DNA of 64,000 nt from Lingula anatina (Eukaryota; Animalia; Brachiopoda): NCBI GenBank assembly GCA_051362555.1, contig CM120642.1:6758001-6822000 (forward strand), in the 5' to 3' direction. Position 1 is the first letter of the stretch; each line of letters starts with the position of its first letter. The position numbers were made by a program, and so were the translations under genes. The notes beneath the pieces are model-generated. The model was not told the origin of the DNA. It saw only the letters and a list, made by a program, of their open reading frames with translations, and made no database searches. Below are positions 36,944 through 50,782 of the stretch, piece by piece.

Positions 36944-37619
36944 TGCAAATAATTATGACCTTGAAACATAAAATGTACACAAAAAGTTATAAAATTAACC
37001 AATTTTCAAAAGCGGTTCAAATGCTACTGACAAGATGCAATCACCTCAATCATATCATGATTGCAGCACGTCCTTAACACAGGTCATAAGTACACTGGTA
37101 AAATTTGTAATCCACTCTTGTCAACTCTATGGCCATCACAAAGATAAACTTTTAGGCAAAGTTAGTATAATACACAACATGATTAAATCCCAAGAAACTT
37201 GGTCATCTGGAGTAAATTATTCATTACTTTGTTTAAGTCAAAGAAAATTTCCAATCTATAAACAACATACGGAAAAAAAATTTAATACATGCATCACAAA
37301 TATAGTACCTTTAATTAAATGTTCAATAGCTACACTGAGGGGTGTCATCTGATACAGAGTGCTAAAATTTTCTTCCAGCATTTAGTTCCCTCTGTAAAGT
37401 CCATATCACAGCTTCAAGTTCTTGCCCATAAGGATCAAGGCACACATCACACTTTGAAAACTTGTAGAAAAAAAACTCTCTCTTTTGGCTGATCCAAAAT
37501 TTTGCTGAACTTCCCTTGTCATGACTGTATCTTAACAAAAAAAGTGGAAAAAGTGGGAAGGAAGGGGGGTGGTGTGTACCTTGTGCTCGTACCTCTAAGC
37601 CACACAAATATGTTCTACC

Positions 37620-37741
37620 CAGGGGCGGATCCAGAGCTATTTACCAGCAGTCTTCCAAATTATCTTTGTTGATTCATCCTCCAATTTTGACCGTCTTCCA
37701 GCAGAAAAAATTAGATACCCGTCCATGTAAATCTGCCCCTG
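37620..37741. mobile_element. Small MITE, CAGGGGC...GCCCCTG, 5-bp TSD (copy 2, internally shorter)
   Basis: TSD CTACC at 37615-37619 and 37742-37746. Confidence 0.85.
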
Positions 37742-37867
37742 CTACCGGTACATACACGTACTAGTGTACTAATAAATTGGCTTGAAACATACACTAGTTT
37801 AGATGGGTCTCCATAAGGATTTTTGCACTGGTGGATCCAGTATTTTGGTTAGCAAATATCTGTGCAT

Positions 37868-37898
<31 letters not shown>

Positions 37899-38418
37899 CG
37901 TGATTTGGTGGGAAGGGGGGGGGCACTTGGATCCACCACTGAAAAGTAACTCCTTTTGGTAAGTCATTCACAAATATTAAACAACACTGGTTTGTATATC
38001 GATAGTCCCGTATTTCATATAAATACAAGTAATTGCTATATAAACACAGCTAGCAGACATTTTAAGGTTAAATTTAAACACAATTCAATATGAATTGTAT
38101 GACTGGTCTAAAGTAGACTGCATTACCGCATGCTGTGAACAGTGCATGAGGTCTGTTGACCTTAGGTGCAATTCTTAGACAAACATTTATTAATTTATGG
38201 TAATTGACTTTGAACATTTTGCTATTCTTGAGTTAGAATAACAACAAAAAAAAAAAAGGAAGAGGTGTAAATAACTGCATGTCATGTAATTTAAATTATT
38301 TGTAACATTATCTTATACATGGAAAAGCACTCTGTCTTCAGCTATATTGACATGATTTCAGCACACATTTATAGTGACCATAGTGTTTTACAGAACTGAG
38401 AAAGACACTTTCTATAGA

Positions 38419-38504
38419 TCATGTTGGACTAAAAGCAGGCTTTGGACGAAGACGGGCTAAGGTGAATTTGAACACGTTTGTGCTTCTCCTCATAGTCTCC
38501 CTCT

Positions 38505-38543
<39 letters not shown>

Positions 38544-41500
38544 GTTTTACTGATAATATTAATAATAATAATAATAATAATAATAAACATAAAATGGCAA
38601 AACCACAGAAAAATTGGTGGATAAAACAAGATGCTGTGTTATGAATAACTCAAAAACTTAATCAAAATGTTCAGTACATACAATATCTTGAAGAATTAAT
38701 ATGGTTATCATATCGGGAGTTAAATGAAAATATTCAGAAATACTGCATGATCAGACTCTAGCTACACTTTAAAGGTTTTCATTTTTATGTTTCTTTTGGT
38801 CTGTAAAAATAAATGTAGATGGTCAATGGCAGTTATTTACAAGCTTAGACATAATGTACAATTTCTTTCTTGTTTCAACTGAAGAAAGGATTAATCAGTT
38901 TAAAAAGAACTTACTTTGTCTATCCTAAGTCTCCAAATGTAACCATTTTTGTCCACATAGAAGATTGCAACACCATCGTACCAACTAAAAACAAGGAAAA
39001 AGTTATGTACCAGTAAAAGTAAACTGTAACATACCCTCCAATACACCTCCATCATAAAAGCTTTACACCGTTCTTTCTGCTGAAAAACAAGGCCTGCCAT
39101 TAGTTCCTCACATAAACATACTTGTAATTTAAAGTACTGGGTAATTTATAAATAACCCCATTATTGAATCCTATCTTTGTGAAATAACCCCTCCCTCCCC
39201 TTGAATCGACCCCCTCCCTCTCTCTCTCTCCCTCTCTCTCTCTTTTCACAATCTTACTTTTCCAAATCTTCTTTTCTCTTTCTACTGGTCCAGGATCTCC
39301 AGAAGGGGACCCCCGCCAGCCTCCAGCGAACAGTTATGCTTCCCGAGTCTGGGTCCACCACTGAGCTCAAAAGTTCAATGCGTGTGTGCAGCAGAACTTT
39401 TACTTTTAACTTCTTTGCCCTGAGCCACTTTTTAAAAGCATACACACCACTAGAAAGGGCAAAATTAGTCTATATTAAATAAATAATATTTCTTTTTTAT
39501 GTAGCTCAATAGATTGCCATAAAAAAAACCAATTTCTACAATTTAAATATTAATTTAAACTAACCGGAAAAATCTATGATTCCTTTTTAAATTAAAGTTA
39601 GAAAAAAATTAATCAAAGGAACATGTTAAATTTTTGTAATAAATATTTTTTTCTCAGTGCTTTTAGATCTTTGTGATTGAGGGAGAATTGTTGAATTTCC
39701 TGGAAAACTAACTTTTTGATACATGCTGTAAAGGTTTAAAGTGCATTGCATGCCTTTAACTTACCATGTGGTGGTGTGTGGTTCATCATATGCGTTCACA
39801 AAAACCATATCATCACGAAAAAAATCCCACTGTATCTCTTGATAAAAAATTGTTGGCATCTGGAAAAAGAAAAATGCATAAATCAATAAAGAAACATTTT
39901 CAATAAAATAGTAACCTGATATTTTATCTTAATTAAAATATCATTTCAAAATAAAACTCAATAAGAACTGGAACAAGAAAAGTGCAAACAATTCTGAAAC
40001 ATTTTTACTGGTTTTAACTATAACCAAAGACAGCTGTTTATATTTTCAATACTTTTCCCACACCATATTAACAAAACATTCAAAACTAGAAAAGCACTCC
40101 GAGAGTGCAGACCTCCGCCAAGGCAGCAACTTTTTATTATTATTGATTATTGAATGATTATTGATCCGAATCACCACCAAAAACTAATCATCTGTTCCTT
40201 GGCCCACTTCTGACAGTTCCTGAAAATTTCATCAAAATTGATCCATAACTTTTTGAGTTATGTTGATGACAGACAGACAAACAAACAGGGGTGAAAATAT
40301 ATAGACCTGGAGAAAACTTTGGATGCACAGTGAAGTTCTCATTCAGACTGACAAAGTTTAGGTTAACCAGACCCAACAATTTAATTGGTAATTACTTGCT
40401 TCATCCCAGCACAAGAGCTCAACGTTTTGTTCCATTATTAACATTTCTAATTAAAAAGCTTAGTTCTACATGGATCATGATTCTGTATCATGATTCTGTT
40501 CTGTATCACCAACAAATTCTATGGTTAATAACTTCAAGATAGTATCCACATCAGGTACGTATACACTTTAGATAAATTTTTAAAGGGTTTTTATTGTTTT
40601 AAAGTCTGAATTGAAAAAGATGAGAAATAGAGCAAGATACTTGGACATTCATGTACAATAAAAATATGACTTGGTCAGGACATTTTCAAACATATATTGA
40701 GTACCTTTAACTACCAATATGTAATATGTGCCTTTAAGGGATGACAAAAACTGGCTGTGCTTGGCAATATAAACTTCAAATTTTACTAACTTGCCTCTGA
40801 CGATGAGTCTGAATAACCTGCAAATATGAAGTTTTGTAAACAAAGTTTTAGCAGCTGGCAGACACTGAACCTGTAGTTGAGAGTATACCAGTATAATTAT
40901 AAGTCTGTAACTAAGGCCCTTGACTGATAAATTCAAAACATCTGTTAATTATTGGTATTTTTAATTTTTAATCTATTTGGCAATAATACCTTCTCATTGA
41001 TATATTCCTGTGCTTTAAATAAAACATCAGCTGGTGTCTTGTCTGGGTCTTCTTCAGGAGATGTAGAGTCTTCTTTTCCATCACACCTGAGTGGTGTATT
41101 CAAGCCTAGCTGGTGAACATCCAGCTGAACAGAGTTGAGTAATGTGTGCACGACGCAACCGTTTCTCTTCCCGGACAGAGATAGTGAGCACCCTCCTGGG
41201 TCAGCAGGAACAGCACCATGTTTTATACCAAAAGTTTTCAAATTTTGAGACAAATATTTCGACGTCTTTCCATCTAAACTCTGTTGTATACCGTTTTTCT
41301 TTTTACCCCAAGCTGTTCCAATATGTCTAGCATCCAGTAAGGAGGACTGAGAAAGCCCATTGATTGGGGAAGACCCAGACAGTGCCCATGTTGCACTTGA
41401 AATATCCCCACCTTGTTTCTTCATTCTAACCAGACAGGCCAGCAGCACCTCTAACCCTCCAGCGTCCAGTCCACGGCCCTTGTCCAACAATGACCCAAGG

Positions 41501-42770
41501 TCACTTCTGACCTTATCTAACATCTCCCTGGAGCCATCTTTTAAACTCTGGCGGTTTTCAACAAGCAGTTGTCCCTTTAATCTCTCTTGGCAGTTGATGC
41601 AGAGCACAGCCTTGGGTGACTCCTTGACGTAGGGTGCCAAATTCAACTCCTCCTGCTTCTTGTTGGTGTAAGTGATTAGAGCACGGCCCTTACATCTACC
41701 CACTTGTCTGCTGTGCATAAATATCTGGAATAATTAACATAAGATGGGATATATAGTCGATAGTATATTTTAAAAATGAATTAGTCAGTATATTAGCTGA
41801 TTAGAATGTCAGTATAATCTGCTTGAAATTATATGCCAATTGAAGATTTACTGCCTGGAAACAAACTCTCGTATGATTAAAAGGGTCATTGCACATGTAC
41901 AAGATCTCTGTGTATTAATATTATTAGCTTATTTCCTGGCAGGAACCAATGCTGTGTATGGGACATTAATATTGCCTACATACTTGCACATTCATTTGTC
42001 CATCGATGGGCGAACTGTCAATGGGTGTATAATTTCCTGGCAGCCAAACTGGTACATGAGCATATGAATCTTACCCTATTCATAATCACAGTACTGTCAA
42101 GGCCAAACTGGCTGGCTTTTCAGGAGTGTGCAAATTAAGAAAGTGAGAGGTAAATATAAGCTACAGATTAGAGAGCCAATGAATACAGCCTAGTGGACGC
42201 ACTACATGTACATGGCTGTCGTTTAGTGGTTACATGCACCTCCATCTTTCTTGCATTTGCACAAATAACACCTATCAGAGACCGTAATTCAATACCCCAG
42301 TATGAGTGATACATGTTACACTACAAACGTCATGCTGGGGTGTTGCAAAACATATATATTATCATACAGGCTACAAAAATATACTACCTCAGTGGTACAA
42401 CTACTACAGTACTAGTACAGGTATATGTACTGTACAGAAGGCCGATTCATCCAAGGTGCAACATACTAGACTAGTATATATATTGTATTTCAACCCATTT
42501 TGAAGGTCGTAACTTTTAAGGCGATTACAAACCTCAAATACAAATAATCCTTGACCTCCTGCTTTTGGTCAAATCTCGAAAGGTCAACAATGACATTGAA
42601 AACATTCAAATTTTCAAAGTGAAATTCTAAAATTTACAGATAAAAATTGGAGTATTGCAAAGCAACAAAAATATTCAAAAATTCATACTTACTAGTGAAG
42701 ACATGGGTAAAATAACTAATGATCTTGGACTTCGAAGAACTGTCAACACGCGCCGAAAGCCTGACGACAT
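38419..42770 (-). CDS. C6orf136: C6orf136-like (DUF2358) protein, 6 exons, about 417 aa, probable mitochondrial presequence
   Basis: Phase-consistent GT-AG exons: 42770-42693, 41724-40990, 39859-39765, 39449-39258, 38984-38915 and 38502-38419. C-terminal motifs SITVRWRLAG and WYDGVAIFYVDKNGYIWRLRIDK. Arg/Ser-rich N-terminus MSSGFRRVLTVLRSPRS. Confidence 0.8.
38506..38586. repeat. (AAT)n microsatellite, interrupted
   Basis: Direct reading; it abuts the last splice acceptor of the minus-strand gene. Confidence 0.95.
40084..40299 (+). mobile_element. HINE-type element, copy 2 (intronic, 3' hairpin missing)
   Basis: High similarity to 19698-19920; begins AACTAGAAAAGCACTCCGAGAGTGCAGACCTCCGCCAAGG. 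Confidence 0.7.
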
Positions 42771-42983
42771 GGTTTTTCAACTTAAAACATCCCAACCCAA
42801 GCTCAGTCTTCTGTATTTTTTCTGCTCTGACCGGATATTCAAAGTACGCATGTGCGGCGTTCTGTCAAACTTAGGTCAAGGTCAATCTCGCGAGACTGAC
42901 ACACTAATGATGGCTGGTAAGAGGTGACGTTGACAGCTCTAAAGTAACTATCCGAGTTTTCTCGGAGCTTTTTCATTTTCATC
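42771..42983. promoter_or_regulatory. Compact bidirectional promoter shared by the C6orf136-like gene and EDEM3
   Basis: 213 bp between divergent ATGs. Contains TCTCGCGAGA (42886-42895), AGGTCAAGGTCA (42873-42884), NRF1-like ACGCATGTGC (42846-42855) and TGACGT (42925-42930). Confidence 0.75.
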
Positions 42984-44154
42984 ATGGATAGTGATGTTGC
43001 AGCAAGACGGATGCTGCAAACAATTTTCATTCTTTTACTTATCCATGCAATTTCTTGTGGAATTCAACCGTCGGAGAAAAGAGAACTCAAGTATGTTATC
43101 GTCTCATTCAACTTGCAAAGTTGTTTGACATTGTGATTTGTATTTTGTAGATTATTACTAAATTACCAGTAGAACACATTGCTCACTCATAGTCAGTTAC
43201 TGCCTTGATTTCATAAGACACTTCAAGTTATATCTCCAGTGTTCGTTTTTGCTTTGGAATATTGTATTATTTTCCTGTTTCTCTAGCGTCAACATTTTGA
43301 ACAACTTTAAGTTTGTTTTGATATCGAGGATTGACTGATCCAGGCGTGGCAAGGATTAAGATGAGAGTTACAGTAATTTGTAAAAAAATGTGTTAACCAA
43401 ACGACAAAGGCATTTTGTAAAATTTTGTCAGCTATCGTTTACTAAGTATCATATTATTTCAATAGCTATGACTTGCAAAGACATTGTTCAAAGTCACCAA
43501 ATCACTAGACTTAGAAGGAAAACATTGCTAATCGAAGATGTAAATATTTCTTCGTTGGGGAGGGAAAGGATGCTTAAATACCAAAAATGAATAAGAATAT
43601 TGTGTCTTGTTTTAGGGAAAAGGTACTGGAGATGTTCAACCATGCATATGGCTCTTATATGGTAGGTTTACTTGCTTAGCATATAATTTATTTCCTCAAT
43701 ATTTGCATTATCACTCGTGCACTCAAGTTGATGTAGCATTTTCCCACTGCTGGCTGGGTTCCCTGAATTGTTTAGATAAAGACAAATGCTGTCATTTTGT
43801 AGCACTTATATAGACAGATGCTATTAGATATCAAAATATTTTTAAAAAGGGGAGGGAGATCAAAAGTTACTGTTCTAACACAACAAAATTAAGAATTAAA
43901 CACAGGTAAAACCTAAGCCATCTGAAAGTTTGAAAAATTAATTTTCCATATGATTATGGAACTGAAAATACAAAAATCATTCTGCGTTCTTATTTAAGGA
44001 CCATGCTTTCCCAGCTGATGAGCTAATGCCACTCAGTTGTAAAGGCAGATACAGAGGAAGTGAGCAGAGCAGAGGAGATGTGGATGATTCCCTGGGAAAG
44101 TGAGTGAAATGATCATGACATATCAATTTCAAATTAGCAAAAATTTTATTATTT

Positions 44155-44205
<51 letters not shown>

Positions 44206-47200
44206 TTTGTTATTATTATTTTGTCTGTAAAGAAGGTTTATTGTAAGGAATGTATCATGGAAATGGTGGTTATCTTCATAAAGTGAATCTTAGAGAGGGA
44301 ATATTGAGGAAATTGCTGAAATTTTATATATTGTGTTCAAAAATGGGTTTTTGGTACTTGTAGAAATATTTTCCTTCTAAGGCACTCTCAGAATATAATT
44401 AAGTATTGGACTGCCACATTTTTATCAAGAAAACATATCAGAAGACTCACTTTGGCTTCCTTACTCCCTTTCCTTTGTATGCTCCTTGTTAATAAGATTT
44501 TATCTAGATATTACTAACAATTTTTGCTTGTTTATCATTTTGTATATCAAAATTATTTAATTAATGAATGTTGGGCAATTCATTACACAATTTTATAATA
44601 ATATTATTCACAGAAATGAAATACAAACTTTTTTGATGTTGTCTATTTTAATGTGACCCTAGTTTTGTTCAGTTTTTTGTATTACATATAGGTGGCTCCG
44701 GCATCTCTCTATGCACAGTGTGTTATTATTGTAATTGTGTTTTTTTCCAACCTTTTCCAGCTTTTCTCTGACTTTAATTGATACCCTTGACACCTTAGTG
44801 GTAAGTGCTGATATCTTTGTGTTCCTAAACCATGTTTATAATTATGATAGGAGTGTAAGACCTTTTTCCCAAGGATTGACTATTTTTGGAAAGATAAACC
44901 ATTGAGAATGTAGGGGGTGCTTTTTGGATATTGCTTATTTCAGGATAGACTATTTTGGAAGGAAAAAAAGAGATTAAAATATCAGATTATGGAAAAAGGG
45001 GAGTGTTTAAACATGTCAAGATTATATCTTACAGAAATTTATGTTTTGAAAATTTTATTTCCTCAAAAATCTGTAGCTGATATAAAAATTAAAAAAAAAA
45101 ACACCTGTTATCACACTATTACAAAATGTGTGTCTGATAAAAAGTATAAATTACAAGCCCCCTTCCCTGCTCTGTTTACTTTCTAGAAATAATGCCTTGT
45201 GTTTGTTTGGTTCAGGTCTTGGGACAAATTGATGACTTTGAAGATGCGGTGAAATTGGTGATACAGGAAGTGACCTTTGACACAGATGTGGTAGTGTCAG
45301 TATTTGAAACTAATATTAGGGTACTTGGGTAAGTAAAAAATAGTCCATGCTTTATTAAACCTGTACTGATACAAAAATACTAATTATTCAGAGAGTAACA
45401 GGCAAAAGAGATACAGGAATAATGAGTTTCTAAAATGTTTTAACTGCCTATCTATCTCTTAGCCTAGGACTTGTCGCACCATGAGTGTGTGTTTTAATAT
45501 GTTAAGGTAAAAACTGCCTATGATTACTTACGTTTCCATATCTTGTATGATTCTGTAATAAAAGGGGAAGAGCAAAAGGTTTTTCAGCCAGGCTACTGAC
45601 TTAATTGAAGTTATGCATTAGAATTGCCTTCCTAGCTGGTGAACAAAATTATAATGAGCACTATGAACAGGTTATTTTACACAAAATCATAATTTTATCA
45701 TTTTGCAAAGCACTGGAGATGCAACTTACATGTATTTCAAGTCTAGCCATCAAAATAAATCGAAATGAATTCATTTTTCCCTAAGATACATAACATATAA
45801 GGGGCATGTAATGTATAGGCATATATCCATTTAAACAAGATTCTTTATGAGAGGGATGGTACAAGGCCAAATGCTGGGACTGTGAAATTGATATAATTTC
45901 ACTGGAATCATTTCAGGGGTTTATTAGGAGGCCATGTTGTAGCAGCATATCTGAAGAGGGTGAAGAAAGGGATGTTATGGTATAATAATGAACTATTAGT
46001 AAAAGCTAAAGACATAGGAGAACGACTACTTCCAGCATTTAACACCACAACAGGAATACCATACCCAAGGGTAAGACTTCACAAGTCCAAATTAAAAAAA
46101 ATTTCATCATAAAAAAATGAAAGTTCCGAAATAAATTGTATTTTTTAATGAGAAAATGGAAAAGAGATATAACACCTGAGCAGATTTTTATTTCTCATTT
46201 CTATATATATTTATTTTGTTATTTATTTTTATAAGTAGTAATATTTTTTTAAATTTTTTCATTCAGGTCAATTTAAAGTATGGTTTATGTAAAGTGAACT
46301 CTAGAACAGGAGTAGAGAAAGACACTTGCACAGCCTGTGCAGGAACCATGATTCTAGAATTTGCTGCTCTCAGTCGACTTACAGGGGACCCAATATTTGA
46401 AGTAGGTACAATTTTATTGTGTCTTTGTCAGTCTTTTTTTAAGGTAGGTTTTAGACAGATTAACAGTGAGTTACCATTATACATCATATCATATTAGGTC
46501 TAAAATTTTAGATATTTCGTTGAAATTTGAATATGTTAGTGAAACAATTCCTATTCAAAAGTGATATCTAAACCTGTTGATGTGATATTAGTACCTTTTA
46601 TGAACTCTTTTTTTTTAAACTATGACCTGAAAATATTTCCAACTGTCACCTTCTAAACTTTGTTAGGAAAAAGCGCACAAGGCCATGGAGTTCTTGTGGA
46701 AGCAGAGACATCGCTCAAGTGACCTTGTTGGAACTGTGATAAATATACATAATGGGGATTGGGTGAGGAGAGGTGAGTAAGAATTCACCCAGAAAAAATT
46801 ATGTAAAATAATCTAAATCTTCAGTTTTCAGTATGTATCTTATCTTTCATATTTTAAAAATTTGGCATCAGAAAAATCTCAAAAGTTTAGACTTTTAAAA
46901 ATTAATTAATGTATTTATTTAATTATTTATTTATTTATTTATTGTGCCTTGTTTTGCAGATAGTGGAATAGGTGCAGGGATAGACTCTTATTACGAGTAT
47001 TTATTAAAAGGCTACATTCTTCTTGGAGATGAAACCTACCTCAACAGATTTAATACGGTAAGTACTGGACATTCTGATATCTGACCAGTAATCTCTCTTT
47101 TTCAAAACCTCCCCCAGGCCATGTCTGTTAATGATGATTTGTAGAGATCAGTGCTCACTATTTACACTGCTGTTTCTTTGTTTAGGAGGAAAGACTTACA

Positions 47201-50200
47201 TATATGGCAAAATCCTATACCTGCTGTGATATGTTTAATAATATTTACACTGTATTTAATACTGGCCCAGAAATGTATGTTTAAAGTTTAACATGAACTG
47301 CAACAGACACACTATATTCGGTAGAATAAGTACTTGTAACTCTGGCCTAGTAATGCATTTTATTAAACGTTAAACCTGCACTGCAGCCAATGTGGTATTT
47401 TAACCAAAAAGTGTAAAGACGGCCTGTGTATGAGCAAGTTAAAAACTGAACTGTAACCAGCATACTATTATAGCCACTATAAGTAAGCTATATGCCTCAG
47501 TGGCTTGGCACTACTAACATACAGTGGCAACCACATGCAGGTGGGAGACCTATAGACAATTACAAAACCAGGATCTGTTACAAATGCTGTAACTTCCTTA
47601 ATTAACCAGCATAGTCAATTTATGAGTAATTGCATCAGGCATATTTTGTCAAATTGCACTGTTATTCAATAGAATGAGTTAATATTTTCAGAGTGATGTG
47701 TGTTTGCCTGTGTGAACATTTTTGCACATACCAGACTAGTACAGATTTCATTATTAGTCACAACAGTGGCAGATCTAGGGGTGGGCACATAACATAACTT
47801 TCCTGCCTTGCACTCTGCACATTATGATAAAAACTTTATCTACAGTTTTATATTTGCCTCACTTTGCTAAGCAAACTTTTCTTCCACACCCAACACTCAC
47901 AGCTAAATTCTTGAATAACCCCTCCCCCCCTCCTGTTGCTGAATGATAATTTTTGCAGAACATTTAAAATTCACTCTTATTTATCACAAGTACCATCACG
48001 AAGAAACAACACATTTCATGAATAAGCAATACCAGGTGTATATTTTTTGCCCCAATGACTGTGTTCACACGTGATTTGAGCAGAAATAATCCATTATCCT
48101 GAGCTGCAGTTGTAATAGATTTTCCATTGTCATTGCAGCATTATGATGCTATAATGAGGTACGTGAACCAGGGACCTCTCATGTTAGACGTGCACATGCA
48201 TAAACCTACCAGTAATACACGCCATTTCATGGATGCTCTCACTGCATTCTGGCCTGGGTTGCAGGTAAGTTAACTGAACATTGTGCTGTATGGGCTTTAG
48301 TAGATCAATGAATTAGAAAATAGGCCATTTTAAAAAAATGTGACTTCAAGTCTGTAAAAACATTCCAAAGACACAGCAACATGCAAAATGTAGCCTTGTT
48401 TTTCACTTAAAATCTGTTCCTAAGGTATAAAAATTGAAAACAAGGCTTCTGTGAAAGTTATTTCAGGCAAGGTCAAGGTTATGTAGTACATATCAGAGAG
48501 GTTTGTTTTTGTTGTTTAGTTCACAGTGCTATTTTTGTGTGTTTTAGGTACTTAAAGGAGACATCAAACCAGCAATAGAAATCCATGAGCTTCTGTATCA
48601 GATAACACAGAGACATAACTTCCTACCAGAGGTAAGCAGTGATTGAAAGCCTTCTACTGGTCATGGCTGACTGTGGATAGTATACTTTATTATTAATTAT
48701 TATTATTGTTAATTGAGTCATAATGGAGTTACATGTACATTAGAGAGAGAGAGAGTAACAAATACTTCTACATAAACAAAAACTGTAATAGTGATTCCTT
48801 GCAAGTCCATCAAAGTTGTATGTTATGTTACTGAAATACCTTATAAATATATGATAGTATTTGACTCTTATTTAATGGTATCCCTTACTCATTTGAAAAA
48901 GTCCCAAGGAACAAAGTCAGATTTTTATCTCTATGTATCCTGTAGAGCTGCATATTTTTCCCAATTTAGTTCTTTCAAATGACAAAATTCCCCAGGTAAA
49001 AGCACCTGATACTAATATTTCTTTCTGAAAAGTAAAAATAACTTTAAAAAATCATGGCAGTCTAAATGAGTCAAGAAAAATTAATTTATTAAAAAGAGGT
49101 ACAAAACGTCCAATTCAAGTTGAGGGAAGTGTCAAGCAATGGATCAAGATTAGAAGCAATTAATTAATTAATTTTTTTTTCCAAGGAAAAATAGGTTTTA
49201 TGAGAAAATCTCAGATAGGATACCTGTAATCTTTGGATATATCTAGAACTATAGAGAAAACCCTTTATATACATTAGGCATTTGAGGATCATTTGCTTTC
49301 ATGACCAAAAAAAATTATGTAAAAATTTGTGTTGATGATGTCTCAGCTGGCCTCTAATGTTAACCTCACAAGTATTTATCTATACGTATTTCAGGCTTTC
49401 ACTACAGACTTTCGTGTGCACTGGGGCCAACATCCTCTTCGACCAGAGTTTGTGGAATCAACTTACTTTCTTCATAAGGTAAAATAAATTAAAATGCCAT
49501 AAGCTTTCATTATAAGGTAAAATAACTAATATGAGCTTTCCTTGAAAGGTGAAATATGTAAACAATGTTCACTTTCGTAATAAGGTGAAATAATTGACAA
49601 GAGTTACTGCTTTCAAACATACAATTCCATATTATTGTTTTCTGAACAAAGCTGTGCGTTTAATATTACAGTCTTAAAAATAGAAATTAGAAACATTAGA
49701 AATTGACACACTTGAGACAGTTTTAAGGACACCATTTCAGGCAACAAATGACCCATACTACCTGGAAGTTGGGAAGACAGTGTTGAATAACTTGGAGAAG
49801 TACGCCAGGGTGCCATGTGGCTTTGCTGCCATTAGAGATGTCACATCTGGAGTCCATGAAGACCAGTAAGTTTCATCACTCTTATGGACAAAGTTCAGTC
49901 AGGTTGTCCACTGTAGTAAATTATGAAGTAATTGTGGCTTTGCGGGCTATCAGAGATTCCCTTCCTGTCTGGGGTCCATGAAGACCAGTAAGTTTAGAGT
50001 GTCTGTCACAGTAATGGACAGTGTTCAGTCAGGTTGACCAATGTCCACTTGGTATAATGGATTAATTGTGATTCTAAATCTGCTGCTGTCAGAGACATCG
50101 TCTGGGCCCCATGAAGTCCACTAAGGGAACACTGTGCAGTAAAAATGTATACTGACCATTACAAAATGTTGTACTGTACCTGTATGAGGAATTGACCTTA

Positions 50201-50729
50201 ACCTTCAGATTAAAAAAAAAATGAGTGTCATACATGTTTATGATATATTGGTCTATGATAAGATGGCGAGACAGATTTATTATTGTCAACAGCCAAGAGT
50301 CAACTACTAGATAATTTGCATACAAGCACAGAAACACCATTCACGTGATAGTGTTCTGTAGGTGGTGGATCGTGGGATTGAGTATGACTCTCACTTTCTG
50401 GTACATTTATCCAAGTCGAGAATAACTCTGTTTTATCAGTCTACTTAAGTTGTCTCCTTTTTACCCACATTTGATGTTAACATTTTGTTTTTTCTTTCCA
50501 GACTGGATTCCTATGTGCTAAGCGAGACATTTAAGTATTTATACCTATTATTTGCTGAGAAGGAAGATCTTGTGTTGGATGTGGATGAGTATGTGTTTAC
50601 TACAGAGGCCCATCTCTTACCACTAAGTCTGGCTGTGGGGAACTATAGCTGGACTAAACCTGTGGCTGGGAAAATACCATTGGCAACCACTGTAAGTGGA
50701 TACAGAGTTATCTGGTTAATTGTGTGTGT

Positions 50730-50782
<53 letters not shown>

